DNA of 62,981 bases, the filler included, from Rhabdomonas costata (Eukaryota): the NCBI GenBank assembly GCA_019059605.1. It is 35 parts of 35 records of this genome, joined end to end, with 100 filler letters (N's around TTAATTAATTAA, not from the genome) between each part and the next. Parts side by side here need not be neighbours in the genome. Positions count along the whole stretch, not along the records: positions 37,844 to 39,545 come from JAHMHO010010402.1; positions 39,646 to 41,347 come from JAHMHO010010403.1; positions 41,448 to 43,150 come from JAHMHO010010404.1; positions 43,251 to 44,952 come from JAHMHO010010405.1; positions 45,053 to 46,754 come from JAHMHO010010406.1; positions 46,855 to 48,556 come from JAHMHO010010407.1; positions 48,657 to 50,358 come from JAHMHO010010408.1; positions 50,459 to 52,160 come from JAHMHO010010409.1; 27 more parts are not named here. One strand, 5' to 3'. A program made the translations under genes and the position numbers. How positions within the stretch are numbered: the stretch's first letter is position 1; every line of letters starts with the position of its first letter. This document shows positions 38,117-51,261 of this stretch, piece by piece. The notes beneath the pieces were generated by a model. That model ran no database searches, was not told the DNA's origin, and saw only the letters and a list, made by a program, of their open reading frames with translations.

Positions 38117-39160
38117 GCGACTGAGGAGGTGGACAGCGTCAAGCGTGAGGGGCGCAGGTTGCTGAAGGACTCCGAAGCGGGGAAGCAGGGCCTGTCACAG
38201 CTGCAGCAAAATGAGTTGGAGTTGCTGCGAAAGCTTAAGGAGGTCCTCTCTGAAAAGGGAAGGAAGTTCTGAGGGGCTGCAATTTTCCATTTCTTCTCCT
38301 GTTGACCTGTCTTTGCCTCGCGTTGTTTTCTGGCCCTCAACCAAAGGCTTTTGACGAGTTGGAGGAGTGCAAATTACAGCTGTCCTCTGCCTCCGCACGC
38401 GAGACCCAGAAGGACCAGCAGCTCGGCACTTTAAGGGAGCAGATGCGGCAACTTCTTGCTGTTCAGGCGGGTATGGATGCTGGATATTGTTGTCTCTTCC
38501 GAGTTTGGCAGATTTCCTTGTACGCATCCCTTTCAGAGAAGAAAGGCTCCGTCGAAAACCGCGGCACTCCAACGCTGTGGGAGCTGGGAACACTGCTCCT
38601 CGGCTTCTGTTTTCTCATAGAGACGCACTCCCGGCATTCAAAAGTTGTTTTGGACAAGCATAAGGCGCAGCTGGAGGAGCTGAAAGAAGAGCTCAAGGCC
38701 AAGGACATCGAAATCTCTGCTCTGAAGGCTCAGGTTTGTGAACTGTCCCTTTGTGACTTTTCAAAGACAATGAAAGCTCTTTATCCACTGAAGTTCAGCG
38801 TGACAGGTTGTCCGAAGTTAAAGGCAGCGCCAACTGGATACAATTTTGAAATGGCCAGGGTTTCGCAAAACACAAGGCCATGAAGCTTCTGCTCCGGTCC
38901 GTCTTCTGACTTTCCTTCCTCAGCTGGAGAAGTTCGGGTTTGAGAAAAGACTGAAGGAGCGTGAGGTGGAGGCGCTTCGGAAAGAGTGCGGAGGAGGGCC
39001 GGGAAGCTCGGTGTGCTCCTCAACTCTGTTTTTGGGAGCCGGCGCCGGGGGAGGGTGCCCGGGCATGCCCCACGAGAGCCGGTCCCCCGTGCTCAGCCAG
39101 TGCGTTTACATTGAGGAGTTGCAATCCAGGGTTCAGAGGTTCACTCTGGAGCGTGATGAG
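38117..39160 (+). CDS. Multi-exon coiled-coil protein fragment
   Basis: E/K/L/Q-rich heptad exons (ATEEVDSV..LRKLKE; AFDELEEC..LAVQ; VVLDKHKAQLEELK..LKAQ; LEKFGFEKRLKERE) bounded by AG and GT/GC. Confidence 0.6.
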
Positions 39161-41447
39161 GTGGCGGAGCTCTTTCTCCCCTCCCGTGTTTCCCCTCTTC
39201 CCTCTTTCCCTCACTGGCTTCCGGCCATTCGGCAAGATCTAGGTGTGGGGTGAGATTGGAGGGCTGCGGAGGCTCTGCTTGGACTGTGACAGTCTGGCCG
39301 CATCTATGGATGTAGACCCGCTGTTTGTCGTTTGCTTGTATCCCGGCGAACGAAAGCTTTTTAACAAACAGATGTCTACTCTCCGCAGTCCACTCCAGCT
39401 CAACGGTTAAACGTACCGCTGTGTACTGTTTGGGGGAAGTGTGAAAGACTGAATTTAAGTTCCTGGGAAGTGCGGAGCGAGGCGGTGGTGGTGGTGGTGG
39501 TGTGGTGTCTGAAAGTATATTGCACCGTTTAATCCCCCCAACCCCNNNNNNNNNNNNNNNNNNNNNNNNNNNNNNNNNNNNNNNNNNNNTTAATTAATTA
39601 ANNNNNNNNNNNNNNNNNNNNNNNNNNNNNNNNNNNNNNNNNNNNGTGGGTGGTGTGCAGGACCCTCGCACAGGGCAGCTTCGCGAGCGCCGACGCGTGA
39701 CGGGCACGCAGACCCTGAGGCAGCTCGCAGTCCTTAGCAACTGCACGGAGGTGCTCACCGCTGCGGAGCCCGGGCCGTCGGAAGGGACCCGGGCAGGCGC
39801 AAGCAGCAGCGTCTCCTCCCCCGCGGCCACTTCCTCTTCGCTTCCGCTTCCGCTGAACAGCACGCCACCCACAGCGGCGTAGACCTCCGCACAGTTGCTT
39901 TGGCTCTGTGCTGATACTTATGCTATCTAAATATGTTGTCGCGTGCACTTTGTAAGACGCACATGGAGGACGGACTTCCTTCAAACTACCCCTGCCCTTG
40001 CTGTTCACGAGCAGGTCGGAACTCTTATCGTCCGCTTGCGATCGGGATGGAATGCCTGGCGTTCAGCTGAGAAATCTTGTGGAGAGGCCTTTTAGGTTTG
40101 ATTTTCATTGCGTCTGGAAATTCCCAATCGCCGCGCCAGTTTTCTCATTGTATTTACATTCCCAGTGACTCCTCTAGAAGTTAGTTTCCTGTATGGTGTG
40201 TCCCAAAGAACGAGAGTGACTCTTCCTAACCTCGCTGAGTGGTTTTTCGGTGGCTTCCAGTGGTTTCCCGCAATATCAACTGGTTTTTACGGGCTTACCA
40301 GGGAGATTGTTTAGATTCCAGTCATGCCTCTTTGAGTCCCTCCCACAGGGTGGTGGGGTGGGGGGTGCGCTGAACTGCAAATGAACTTGTCCTGTGACTT
40401 TTGTTTGCAGCGTACGTTGGATGGCTGTGTAGTATGCATTGTTAGGGTGGAGTGGGCGTTTAAGCTGTAACGGACATCTTTTGCCTGACTATCCGTGAAC
40501 ATTACGCGCCGATGTGCACCCTTGTTCATCCCGCGAGAAGCGAACACAGCATCACTTAGTGCAGAGAGCAAAAACCTTGAAAGCCGATTTAGGGATGCGG
40601 CATCTGAAAATGGGAAGGCCACTGCGTTTCGGAGTGTGCAGCAGACTTGCGCTGGTGCAGGGAATCTCCGAATGTCAGGGGAGTTGAGAAGCACACACAG
40701 TTATACTGGTACGATTGGCAGCTCAGGTAGGTTGTTCCACAAGGTCGGTGGACGGGGAAGTCCTGCCTCTTCATCGTGCCTCATCGTGACGCCTCAACAT
40801 AAAATGTTCGGTGTGGTGACACCTCTCATTCGTCCCAAAGTCCTCTCGACATCTTTCCCCCCCCCTCCATTTCGGTCAACACTGCCCTGCCATTTCCTGA
40901 AGTCTTCTCTGCAGTTCCACTCTCGGTGCCTTTTTCTGGGCAACTGGTGCAGTGCTCTGTAAAAGCCTTGGACGGGCTCTGCCTGCAAGAATGCAGCCTG
41001 CGGTGTCAGACAGAGGAATCCTCATCCTCCGCCCTCGCAGTGGTTTCTTTGGAGGCCGCTTCTGGGATTTAACTGAGAACCCCGAGCTCTGGGTGTGTAT
41101 GTGGTCTCACAAAGTAAAGGCGTCAATCGCATGAAGCATGGCTGATACTTTGCGTTTGGGCACTCGATATTGGCTAGGTTACAGTTAGCATCTTGGCATG
41201 TTCATTTCAGCGAAAAAAAAAAGCTTAATAGACCCCACCAGTCTGCTTCAACTGTGCTGCTTCCTCAAGGTTCCCTGTTCCAGAATGCTCTTTGCGGCCT
41301 GCTCGCCGAGAGTGGCCTGTCTCAAGGTTATTGAGCTACAACCCCCCNNNNNNNNNNNNNNNNNNNNNNNNNNNNNNNNNNNNNNNNNNNNTTAATTAAT
41401 TAANNNNNNNNNNNNNNNNNNNNNNNNNNNNNNNNNNNNNNNNNNNN

Positions 41448-41760
41448 TTGTGGGTGTTCCTTGAGGGTCTTGCGCGGATGCCAGTGCTCCTTCGCCCTTT
41501 CCTACATCCGCCGGATGGTCTGCCCGACGTACCAGCGACCCTAGGCGAAATGGAACATGCCGTAAATCAGGCCATACTTGTTCCAAGTCGCCGAAGCGTC
41601 CTTAAACTTCATGCCCTTGTTGATCGGGTCCTGGTCCAGGAGTTGAAGACCTCTCCGGATGCCGGGCTTGTACCAGCGCCAGCGCCGGCATCAAAGCCAT
41701 TTCATCCACTCCCGCCAGGAATCCCATGTCCATGGATCCTGGTGCCGCCGGCTTTGGAAA
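41448..41760 (-). mobile_element. Degenerate GIY-YIG endonuclease, probable Penelope-like retroelement remnant
   Basis: A frame absent from the ORF track reads NKYGLIYGMFHFA*GRWYVGQTIRRM*ERAKEHW. Stops at 41541-41543, 41502-41504 and 41691-41693. Confidence 0.7.
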
Positions 41761-43577
41761 CCTGCGGCTCGTGCTTTTCAAAGGGCTCCGGGAGTGGAAG
41801 CGGTCGCTCGTCGGTGCATCGGGACTCCGAGCAACCTCACACCTTTGCCCCCGCGTGGGGTTGGGAAGGAAGCCTGACGAAACGCTTTGTTTCATGCCGT
41901 GCAGGTGGCAAGGACTTGGGCTTGGGTGTGGCAGGCTTGGGTGCCTGGCAAGTCCTCTGGAAACGACGACGACGGGCGGGCAACGACCACTGCTGGTCGA
42001 TTTGTGGACGTGGCCCCTGGGTGAGAACGGCCTCAGCGGGCCGGGTTTGGTGGGTTTCCCCGTGTGCACGGTGAGGCAACCGACGGGGGCCGCCGTCGCA
42101 CACATGGCGCCTTGGCGCGGTGTGCTGTGGCGTCCTTGTGCTGCTTGTTCTGCACACCTGTTGGTTTTTGGCGCGTTCACGGTGCTGCTGTTCGTGATGG
42201 ACAACACGACGGGCATTGGGTGGAGGGTGTGCGCCGTGCCCATCCACACACACGCACACACACAAGAACCCAGACTAACAAAAAACTAGGCAACGGCAAA
42301 AAGAAAATCAAGCCGGCAGAACTAATGAAAGAAGAACGATCCAGCTACGCTCGCAACAAAGCCGCCGGTCTCAAGCCCAGTCTCTCAAAATTCCGCCTTC
42401 CTTTAAACGATTTACACCGCCCCCCCAAAAAACACCATCTTGGATGGAATTTCCACATGTTCCCCCCGAAATTCCGTCCAACACTTTCTTCGGATTTTAT
42501 GGACCATCCTCTCGTGCACTGTTCCCTCATACTTGCTGTCGGCTAAATCATTGCAAGAAAACCCACGACCTTTGGCAATGTTCTTTTGACCTCAAGCCTC
42601 CTTTCTGCACACACGCGCCGCGCAGTTACCACAACCCGCGCCTCGTATGGCATCCCCTGGCCTTTCATTGCTGTATTCAACCCTCATCCAAACTTGTTTC
42701 ATAATTTTTCTGGCGGAATACTGTCGCGTTTTTTCGACTTAACCATCTGGCTTCCGAATCCACCCCGGTAAAATCCTTTACCTTTTCGGATCGTTTTCCA
42801 ATATTTTATATGAAAATTCCCCCCATACCTTCTTAACTTCATTTTGAGATCAAAAACCCAACTGCCAACCGAAATCTCGGATTCAATTGCTGTAGGTCAT
42901 TTCCCATTTCCATTATCATGCTTTGAACTCAATGTCCGATGTGATTCCCTACTGGTGAAATTTTCTATCTATCATTTAATCCTTAAATGGAAGCGAAAGC
43001 AAACTTGGATCAAACCCAAAGTTCGCGAAGTGAAGTTTTTTAAACGAAATCAAAGTGGTAAAAACCGCAGATCATGAAGGACTGACTTCAACGCCTGTTG
43101 GAAGGGTGAGGGTAATTCCACCTCCGTTTTGAACTCCGCCACCCCCACCCNNNNNNNNNNNNNNNNNNNNNNNNNNNNNNNNNNNNNNNNNNNNTTAATT
43201 AATTAANNNNNNNNNNNNNNNNNNNNNNNNNNNNNNNNNNNNNNNNNNNNTGTTTTTGTGATATGGGCTATGAATGAGGCAAAGACGTTAGAGGCTTTCT
43301 GTTCTGGCTGGCATGTGATTGATGACATATGGAAGTCCGTGGCATCCGGGGGCAGTGTTCTTTTGAGAGACGGGCACTTTGGCCCAACGCCCTTCCGCAG
43401 AGAAGGCAATCTCCCAAATTAGGGTGAAGTCCTGGAATGCTGAAATCGCTCCTCCTCTTTCTCCTGTGCTTCTGGGTTTTGTGTACGTGCCGGACGAAGT
43501 GGACAAATGTCCTGTCCACCCATCCTTCCGGCTGATGGATGTTTGTGTGTGTATGTGTGCGCGCGCGGTGCTTGCAG

Positions 43578-44714
43578 GGCTACAGCTCCCTGCGGTGTGA
43601 CCAGTGCGAGCGGGACTTCTACACGTACCCCGTGTGCATGTTCTGCACTCGAGATTTCTCGTGCAGCGGGCACGGCGCGTGTAACGGCACCCTGAACTAC
43701 TGCGCGTGCGATGAGGGCTACGTCGGCCGCAACTGCAGCCAGTGCGCCCCGAAGTGGATCGGCTACCCCAACTGCACGTCACACTACATCCTGTATCTCC
43801 CCCTTCATGCCCCCACTCCCACCCTCACCCGAAATATTCGGGTCCTTTCCCACTGCTGTGGATGCTTCGTTGTTGCGCACATCTTCAAGGACTGCGCACC
43901 AAGCGCGGATTTGTGTTATAATGGGACCAAATACGACTGGGTGTAATCTTTTTTTCGTTTTGTTTTACTGATGACGTTTCCCTTTTGTTCTTTTTCTTGC
44001 CTCGCGTGCACGCTCGAGTGAGACGAAAGAGCAACTACCACAGAAAGAGATACCACTGGGACGTACCGGGGTTGAGAGGTAGCAAAAAAAAAGGCTTCCC
44101 TTGTAAATCATATTTGTTGTGTATCCTTAATTCCCCTTAATTCAGATTGTTTTTCTGGAATATACCGATGTTTTCCAGTTGCTCGTGCGGCATCCAGCGA
44201 GGTTTCTTTTTATCTCTTTCATTATGACATGGATGGGCCAGTTATGTCGGCATGCGTGATGCAATATGGGATATCCCTTGTGGGAGGGAGGTGGAGGTGC
44301 TGGCTCCTGGCACGTTTTCTCTTCATAAAGAAATCTAAGTGGTCTAAGACCCCAGCCCTGCTTCGGCTTTGCCCTCTCAGCTTGTTGTTGTCCGGCAGTA
44401 CAAAAAAGTAATCTTAGTGGTTGACTCCGTTCTGCAAGTTGCCACATCCTGGATGTGACAGCGATGCACTGACTCACATTTCTTGCTGCAGATCCGCGAC
44501 CTACCTGCCCTCGCAGCCCGTAGTGGGGCAGCCCTTCCAGGTGCTCTTCCACGGGGAGGGTCCGAGGTCGGGTGACACGTACACCTTCGACCCCGCCCAC
44601 CTGGAGGACTGTGTGCCGGAAAGCCCCACCGCAGTGACGGGCACTGTCACCAGCTTTGACCCTTATGCCGGGCCAACGGAGGACAACGGCACAGCGCTGC
44701 TCGTCAACGAATCC
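43578..44714 (+). CDS. Laminin-EGF / EGF-like surface protein fragment (exons ~43578-43777, 44492-44714)
   Basis: CDQCERDFYTYPVC..CSGHGACN..CACDEGYVGRNCSQCAPKWIGYPNC. Confidence 0.8.
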
Positions 44715-46371
44715 GTACGTCGGTGTTTGCTTCACTTCACTGGGAGCACACGAGGCTTCCTCAGCCCATTGGAGAACGATGCCACTGGACCAAGGCTCTG
44801 GATTGCTAGCACCAAAAGAGAGACCACTGATTCTGCGAACAATTCTGTGCACAAGTGCCCAACAAGCTGACTGCAGGCAAATCTCCCTGTGAAAAAGTAA
44901 GGAAGAGTTCAAGAGTGTGTACTTGTTGTCACAGATCATGACTTGCCATGACNNNNNNNNNNNNNNNNNNNNNNNNNNNNNNNNNNNNNNNNNNNNTTAA
45001 TTAATTAANNNNNNNNNNNNNNNNNNNNNNNNNNNNNNNNNNNNNNNNNNNNGTTTTTTTGTTGTTACTATTGCATTACCTCTTCTCATTGACGAACGAA
45101 TGGCATCGAATGCTGGCTCAAGTCTCTCGCAACCGTATGCCCCATCATGATGCTTTGTCGCGCACCTGTTCTCGTCTGTGGCCATATGCGGCGTTCCTTT
45201 CTCATCCCACTTCGAAAAAGGGGAAACTCACGGCTTTCTACTTTCTCGGAGGATGAAGGGTAGAGGGTAGAGTAATGGAGGATAAAGGGTAACTAGGATA
45301 AAGGGTAACTAATACAACCGAGAAACGATGCTAAGATGCAACCAAGGAAGCTAAGCACTTAGGCAAAATGTACAATCCACCCATGTAGGCAATTTCTTGC
45401 AAGCAGCCCAATGATTCAGATTAATGAACTTGTCATCATTCATCTTCAGTGCCCAGGTGCACTCGGGCTCCGAGGCTATTGCCGACTTCACCACCTCCGC
45501 CCGCGCGCACCCCGTGGTCGCCTCCTACCCTCTCCCGGACTTCTTTGCGGATGACCAGGACTCCGCCGCGCCCACCGATCCACCGTCTACTAGAGCTCCA
45601 TCACAGCAGATCGCTTCGCTGCCCTCCACGGTGGCCTCTTCTGCAGCGCAGTGCGTTACCGCACTGATCATCCCCGTTGCCGCATTTTCCATCCCATTGC
45701 TGTTTTGCCAGCGCACGTCCGTTCAGACTGTACCCCACCGGCTTTGGTGCTGAATGGTGCTAAATGTGCGATAGGTGATGAGGCGTTCTGTTTGCCTAGC
45801 AGAAGGTGGAATCGCCCAGCTTGGGCATGTACGATTGGGCATGGTTGATTCCACACAACCTCATATTAATCTTTGGTTGGCATCGCGGTCTCTGGGTTGT
45901 GTCACCGCATGGTCTTATATTAGGTTGCCACATAGTCGCCATATTGCCACAACCGATGCGCATATTCGCATCATCTCGAAAAGTCTGTGGAGCCACATAA
46001 AAGACATGGGCGAAAACATCAAATAACCCCAACTCGTTGTATTTGCTGTGGTGCTCTCTTTTAGCTCTGCGGTGCATATGTCGTCTTCGAGCCGTGCACC
46101 CGAGGAAGTGCAACGAAGTTCACGGACATCTACACCTGTGGCATTTGTGGCCCAACCGCGCGGAAATACTGCAGCTTCTGCCGCTGCAACTGTCAGGTGC
46201 CTGTTGTGAGGAGAAGAGGGGAGCGGGAAGGGGAGTGTCATGGACGAAGGCAGGTGGTTCGTGTGCCAGCAGTTTTTGCTGCAGGGTAGTATCTAAACGA
46301 AAGCTGAAACTTTTCTTATGGCTTGACGTTAACATGCTGCCCCCCTCCCTTTCTCTTCTTCACCCTACAGA

Positions 46372-46754
46372 GTGACTTCAGCTGCCTTCAGGAGCACAAG
46401 CGTTCCGCTCGCCAACAGCCCCAGCTCCTCATCTTCCTCCTCCTTCCCATCCACTAAAACTCAATACGGCACCTCATCGACTGTGATCCCATCCGCATCG
46501 CCTGTGGGGATGCCGGCTTCTTTTACTGGGACCACGCCTTACACCATTTCTGCCTCCATGACACCTCCAATTTCTACGGCCACCCGCTCAGCGGCGCAAT
46601 TTGCTTTGCCATCATCCAGCACTTATAGTCAGTGGTATACCCCCACCGCCACCCCGGGCCCGGCACCTGCAGCAACTACAGCTGCTGCTTCACCAGTTAC
46701 TAATGCACGGCTGCCCCATCCCGTTGCCAACGGTATGCCCTATTCCACCCCACA
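46372..46754 (+). CDS. Ser/Thr/Pro-rich low-complexity exon
   Basis: Open frame after a polypyrimidine-CAG acceptor, running to the contig end. Confidence 0.45.
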
Positions 46755-46854
46755 NNNNNNNNNNNNNNNNNNNNNNNNNNNNNNNNNNNNNNNNNNNNTT
46801 AATTAATTAANNNNNNNNNNNNNNNNNNNNNNNNNNNNNNNNNNNNNNNNNNNN

Positions 46855-47335
46855 GGTGGTGTGGAATTTTTTTGACATTTGGAACCTGGTCACGTTCACC
46901 GCGGTGATTGTGTACCGCTTTGTGCTGCGGCTGGACTTGATCCAGATGGAGATGGGCAGCGCAGCCAGCGTGGATAGTCAGTTCCTGAACTTCTTCCCTC
47001 TCGGTTGGCAGGTTGCACACACACACACACACACGCTCTCTCTCTTGCAAAGGACAGTCGAAGGGAACGGTAAACACCATCTGCTATGCATTTTGTTTGT
47101 GATGTGCATGTTTGGGGAGTGGGGGTCGAGGGGGGAGGGCAAGCGTACTTTGTTGTTTTTCGAAATAGGTTTTGATACGTGTACACTTACACTGTTGCGC
47201 GCAGGCCATCGCTTTTACCTCCAAGTATTGCATGGCCGTCATTGTGAAAAGGAATCATGCACCGCCCTCAAATATCGTCTTCAAATATCATGCCCCCCCC
47301 CCTACAAAGCTAACGTCAGCGTGTTTGTGCAATGG

Positions 47336-47367
<32 letters not shown>

Positions 47368-48508
47368 CGCACACATGAGTGCAACAGCAGACCCATCAGT
47401 GAGGGGGGGGAGGCGCGAGGCCGGGGACTCCCTCTGCCCTCTGGGGAGTGTATGGGGATGTATAGGAGCAGAGTCCGACCTCGTCGAAAAAAATCCACTG
47501 CAGAACCAGAACGAGCGAGCGATTCCCTACCAAGTATCTCAACACCCGCAAACATTCTCTGGGCCATTGACACCAAAAATATGCACCCCGGAAACACCGC
47601 TGTCTGCATAAACTGCAGGAAACTCTGAGCAGATCTGATGGTTTTGAACTGCGGATGTGAAAAGTCTGGCGCAAAGCAGCAACAAATATTGGAGATGGGT
47701 GGAACATGAACTGGACCGATGCAGGGTAAGTACACGAACACAAACGGTGGGGCTCGGCAGAACCCCCCCCCCATAGGTCGCACTGATCGGGGCGCTGGAC
47801 GCGATTAACATGCTGCTGTGTTTTGTGAAGAGCCTGAAGTACCTCAGCCGAATCCGAGGGATGCACGTGCTGATCCGCGCCCTGCAGTATAGCTTCGCGG
47901 AGCTGTGCTTCTTCATTCTGACCTGGGGCGTGTTCTACGTCGGTGTGCGTGTGAATGTTTGCATTGTGTGTTTCGCAATTCCTGAAGATCAAGCCGTGCT
48001 TACGTGTGGCTTGGTCGTGTGCACACAGGAAGTCGTGGGAATATCTTGCTCCATTGGCCAAGGTTGGCCTCTGCGGGAGCTAGCGTGTGGTTTTCTCAGA
48101 CATTTTGCCTTGTCCAGTCTTGGGACATCTCGTTGGCTTGTCCCCCGCCCCCTTCCAATAAGCCCGATTTTTGTGAAATCCGATCGAATTCTGGGTCTGG
48201 GTGACATTTATTTTATTTCATATTATTGCGTTGCGTAATTTTTCGGTTGTCGACCTGTTGATGACATGCCGATGTTTTGTTTTATGGTAAAGCGTGCTTC
48301 CCACCTACAACCCCACACGTGTGTACGCATGCAGGTATGTGTGGTGGGCCTAGGGTTCGCGCTGGCCTTTGTGCTCGCCCTGGGGGTCAGCGATGCCCAC
48401 TTCCGGACATGGGACCTCAGCTTAGTGCACGTCTTCCTGGCGATGCTGGGGGAGTTGGACTACTCCGCGATGTACTTCGCCAACCGCATTCTGGCGCCGT
48501 TCATGCTG
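46855..48508 (+). CDS. Polycystin-2-like (TRPP) cation channel fragment (exons 46855-47011, 47777-47942, 48354-~48508)
   Basis: WNFFD..; NMLLCFVKSLKYL..MHVLIRAL; pore region LGVSDAHFRT..AMLGELDYSAMYFANRILAP. Confidence 0.9.
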
Positions 48509-48656
48509 GCCCGTCGCCCTCTTCCCGCCCCACAAAACCCAGACACACCCACCACANNNNNNNNNNNNNNNNNNNNNNNNNNNNNNNNNNNNNNNNNNNN
48601 TTAATTAATTAANNNNNNNNNNNNNNNNNNNNNNNNNNNNNNNNNNNNNNNNNNNN

Positions 48657-48882
48657 CCACACCGGAGAGTGGCATGAGTCGCCTGATCAGTGCAGCTACG
48701 TGAAGTGCACGGTGGGCCTGGGGTGGTCCAACGCAGGAATGAGCCACTGGAGCTGCTGCTTCTCCACCAAGAGGGATTCCCTATGCAAGAAATCTCCAGC
48801 GCACTTAGTGGATAAGTGCTCTAACGTTGTGAAGGAGATTGTTTTTTTCCGGGAGGGTCGCGTGGAGCAGAATGTGGTGTAG
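48657..48882 (+). CDS. Terminal exon with a Cys/His-rich putative Zn-binding motif
   Basis: HTGEWH..C...C..GLG..HWSCC..C..H, loosely like a Btk motif. Confidence 0.35.
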
Positions 48883-50458
48883 TTCTGATGGGGGCTGGTG
48901 TGATTTCCTACCCCTCCCCGACTCTTTTTTCTCACGTTGTGTGGCTTTTCCCCCGCAAGCTTGCGCTACCGTGTATTAGTTATACCTCTGTGTGCTTTCT
49001 CACGGAACGGCTTGGGAACTGGGAATTTTGGATTTTGCCGTGCCCTCCTGTACATATTGTCTTTAGCTGACCACACTTTTGTCAATTATCCTTCGTTTCG
49101 TGGTGTTCTGTGATCGCTGAGGGGATGCGAGCGGGTACACCCAGGACCCATCTGCATCTTCTTTTTCCCCCTTTGTATCTTTGTTCATATCCCTGCACTT
49201 GGCTTCCCTGGTGTTCAATAATGCCCATGATTTTTCCTGGAGTTAACGTCGTCTGTGAACACCTTGCCCGCCCCCCTCACCACCTTGTTTTCCGATATTT
49301 TGTTGTTTGTCAAAGTTGTGGACTCCCCCACAACTTTTCACCTCCTCCATCTCCTCAGCGGTTTTCATGGGCGTGTGTGAGCTGGACTTTTTCTGCAGCT
49401 AATGGAAGGGCCTCCTCCTCCATTTCTCAATGTCGCGCCCAACTGCATTGCAAAGCACTGATTACTCTGACGATTACTCTGTCGAACTGTGCCGTTGGGT
49501 ACTCATGAGTTTTTTCTCTGTTGGACATGTCATTGGAGATCCCGTTTCAGGGCGGTGAAACAGTGAAAATGAAGAGATGGTATTTCGCTTATTTGAGTCT
49601 GAGTGCAGTTTCGAATCACTCCATGCTGGAAGCAAGTGCAGGCAGCGGCATATCTGTGTCCACGGGTTTGCCAACTCACGGTCTGCTAGACCGAAAATGA
49701 CGGCTTAATTCCCCCCCCCACCCCTCCGCTCCATCTTAGAAGAGGTGAGGTTGCTGCTTCAAAAGGTGGCGCTGCAACAGCAAAAGACGCAAAAAGCATT
49801 CAGTGAAAAGATCGCGTGAATTCCGAACAAGAATCCACTTGATAAGGCTCACTGTCTTTGCTTCCCACTTCCAATAGATGCGTGCCCCGCTTGCGCCAAC
49901 TCGTTTTTCACACCGTGACGAATTGCAAAACTTTAATCTCTCTGAGGCGAGACATGGGTCAACGTATACCAACGCGGCGGTCGTGAGTATATACCCAACC
50001 AAGGGTGAGGAGGAAGAGAGTGACACACGAAATCACCCAGGATTTCAGGGTGCTCGACTGCTCTCCTGGTACCGAGACGTTCTGCACGACGAAACTCCAG
50101 TGACGCGTGCATCGCCCTCTTACACTGAGACACACTGCAGGACATCAAGACACCCTTGGTCGCAGCGCCGGCCACTCGACATGCAGCACTTCGTAGCCCG
50201 ACCGATCAAATCGATATTAATACCGTACCCCAAGTAACACAAGTTGAACATCAATCTATTGGTATTGGTTTATATCCCAGTCCTGCTATTCCTTTACAAC
50301 TTCTCACGACTCGCAGATGTCTGACGTTGTAAAGGAATAGCAGGACTGGGATATAAACNNNNNNNNNNNNNNNNNNNNNNNNNNNNNNNNNNNNNNNNNN
50401 NNTTAATTAATTAANNNNNNNNNNNNNNNNNNNNNNNNNNNNNNNNNNNNNNNNNNNN

Positions 50459-50580
50459 AGCGCGGAGGTTCGCCAGATGAGCGCTGCTGCGAGCAAGACG
50501 CTGCAGCGTCTGGAGGGCCAAGTTGGGGGGGTTGTTGGCCGAGTGACGGAGCTAACGGAGCAGTGCGTTCGGCTTGAGGT
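50459..50580 (+). repeat. Direct repeat of the contig's last ~122 bp (52039-52160)
   Basis: Identical except for one substitution (GGGGGGTTG vs GGGGAGGTTG). Confidence 0.95.
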
Positions 50581-51261
50581 AGATGGGATCTTTTTGAGTC
50601 TGTTTTTTGTTTTCTAGGTTTTTTTTTTGTTTGTTTTTTGTCACATTTTTTCTTTGCATTTTGCGGTTTTTTTCTTACTTTGTTCTTTCTCTTACTTTTG
50701 ATTTTACCCTTTTTCCGTGGGTCGATTGGGCTCATGTATGACTCGGAGTTGTGGGTGGGGTTTGATTATACTTTTGGTGCGTCGTGTCCTGCTTGGTGAA
50801 ATTACTTCCTGACTAGACTCGGACCTATCGGGGTTCTGAGCTTTTGATAATGCTTGAAACATTGTGCGGGAGCTCTGCGGTTCTTGTATTTTCTTTCTTT
50901 CTACCTTCTTTTATTCTACCTTCCGTTCCTTTCAGACACGGAATAATTTCTGATCTGAACTCATGTGTCGCAATGTTACTTCTCCATGCTGAGCAGTCCG
51001 AAAATCCTTCCCCAATGTGAATTTTTTCCCTGGCCACACTTACCCACTACGTATGCTGCATTGATATGGCGATGCATTCTCACAGGCCGAAGACAAACAA
51101 CACCTATGGAAGATTTCCCTTCCCTCTCACATTCGCCATAACTTCCAATACTCTATCGGTTGGGAGGTTATAACGGAATCGTAGGTTTAGCTTGCAGACA
51201 TGTTAGCCAGAATTCTGAGGCATGCCTTTCTGTGGTGCACTGCGAAGGCTTTTCCCCACAG

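Noticed and set aside
41461-41693. Stop-codon reassignment suggested by in-frame TAGs in the GIY-YIG frame
   Set aside because: Host genes here end normally in TAG, TAA or TGA, and conserved exons contain no internal stops. Simple decay explains it.
47336-47374. (CA)n tracts, and (CACATT)n at ~9466-9491
   Set aside because: Ordinary intronic microsatellites.
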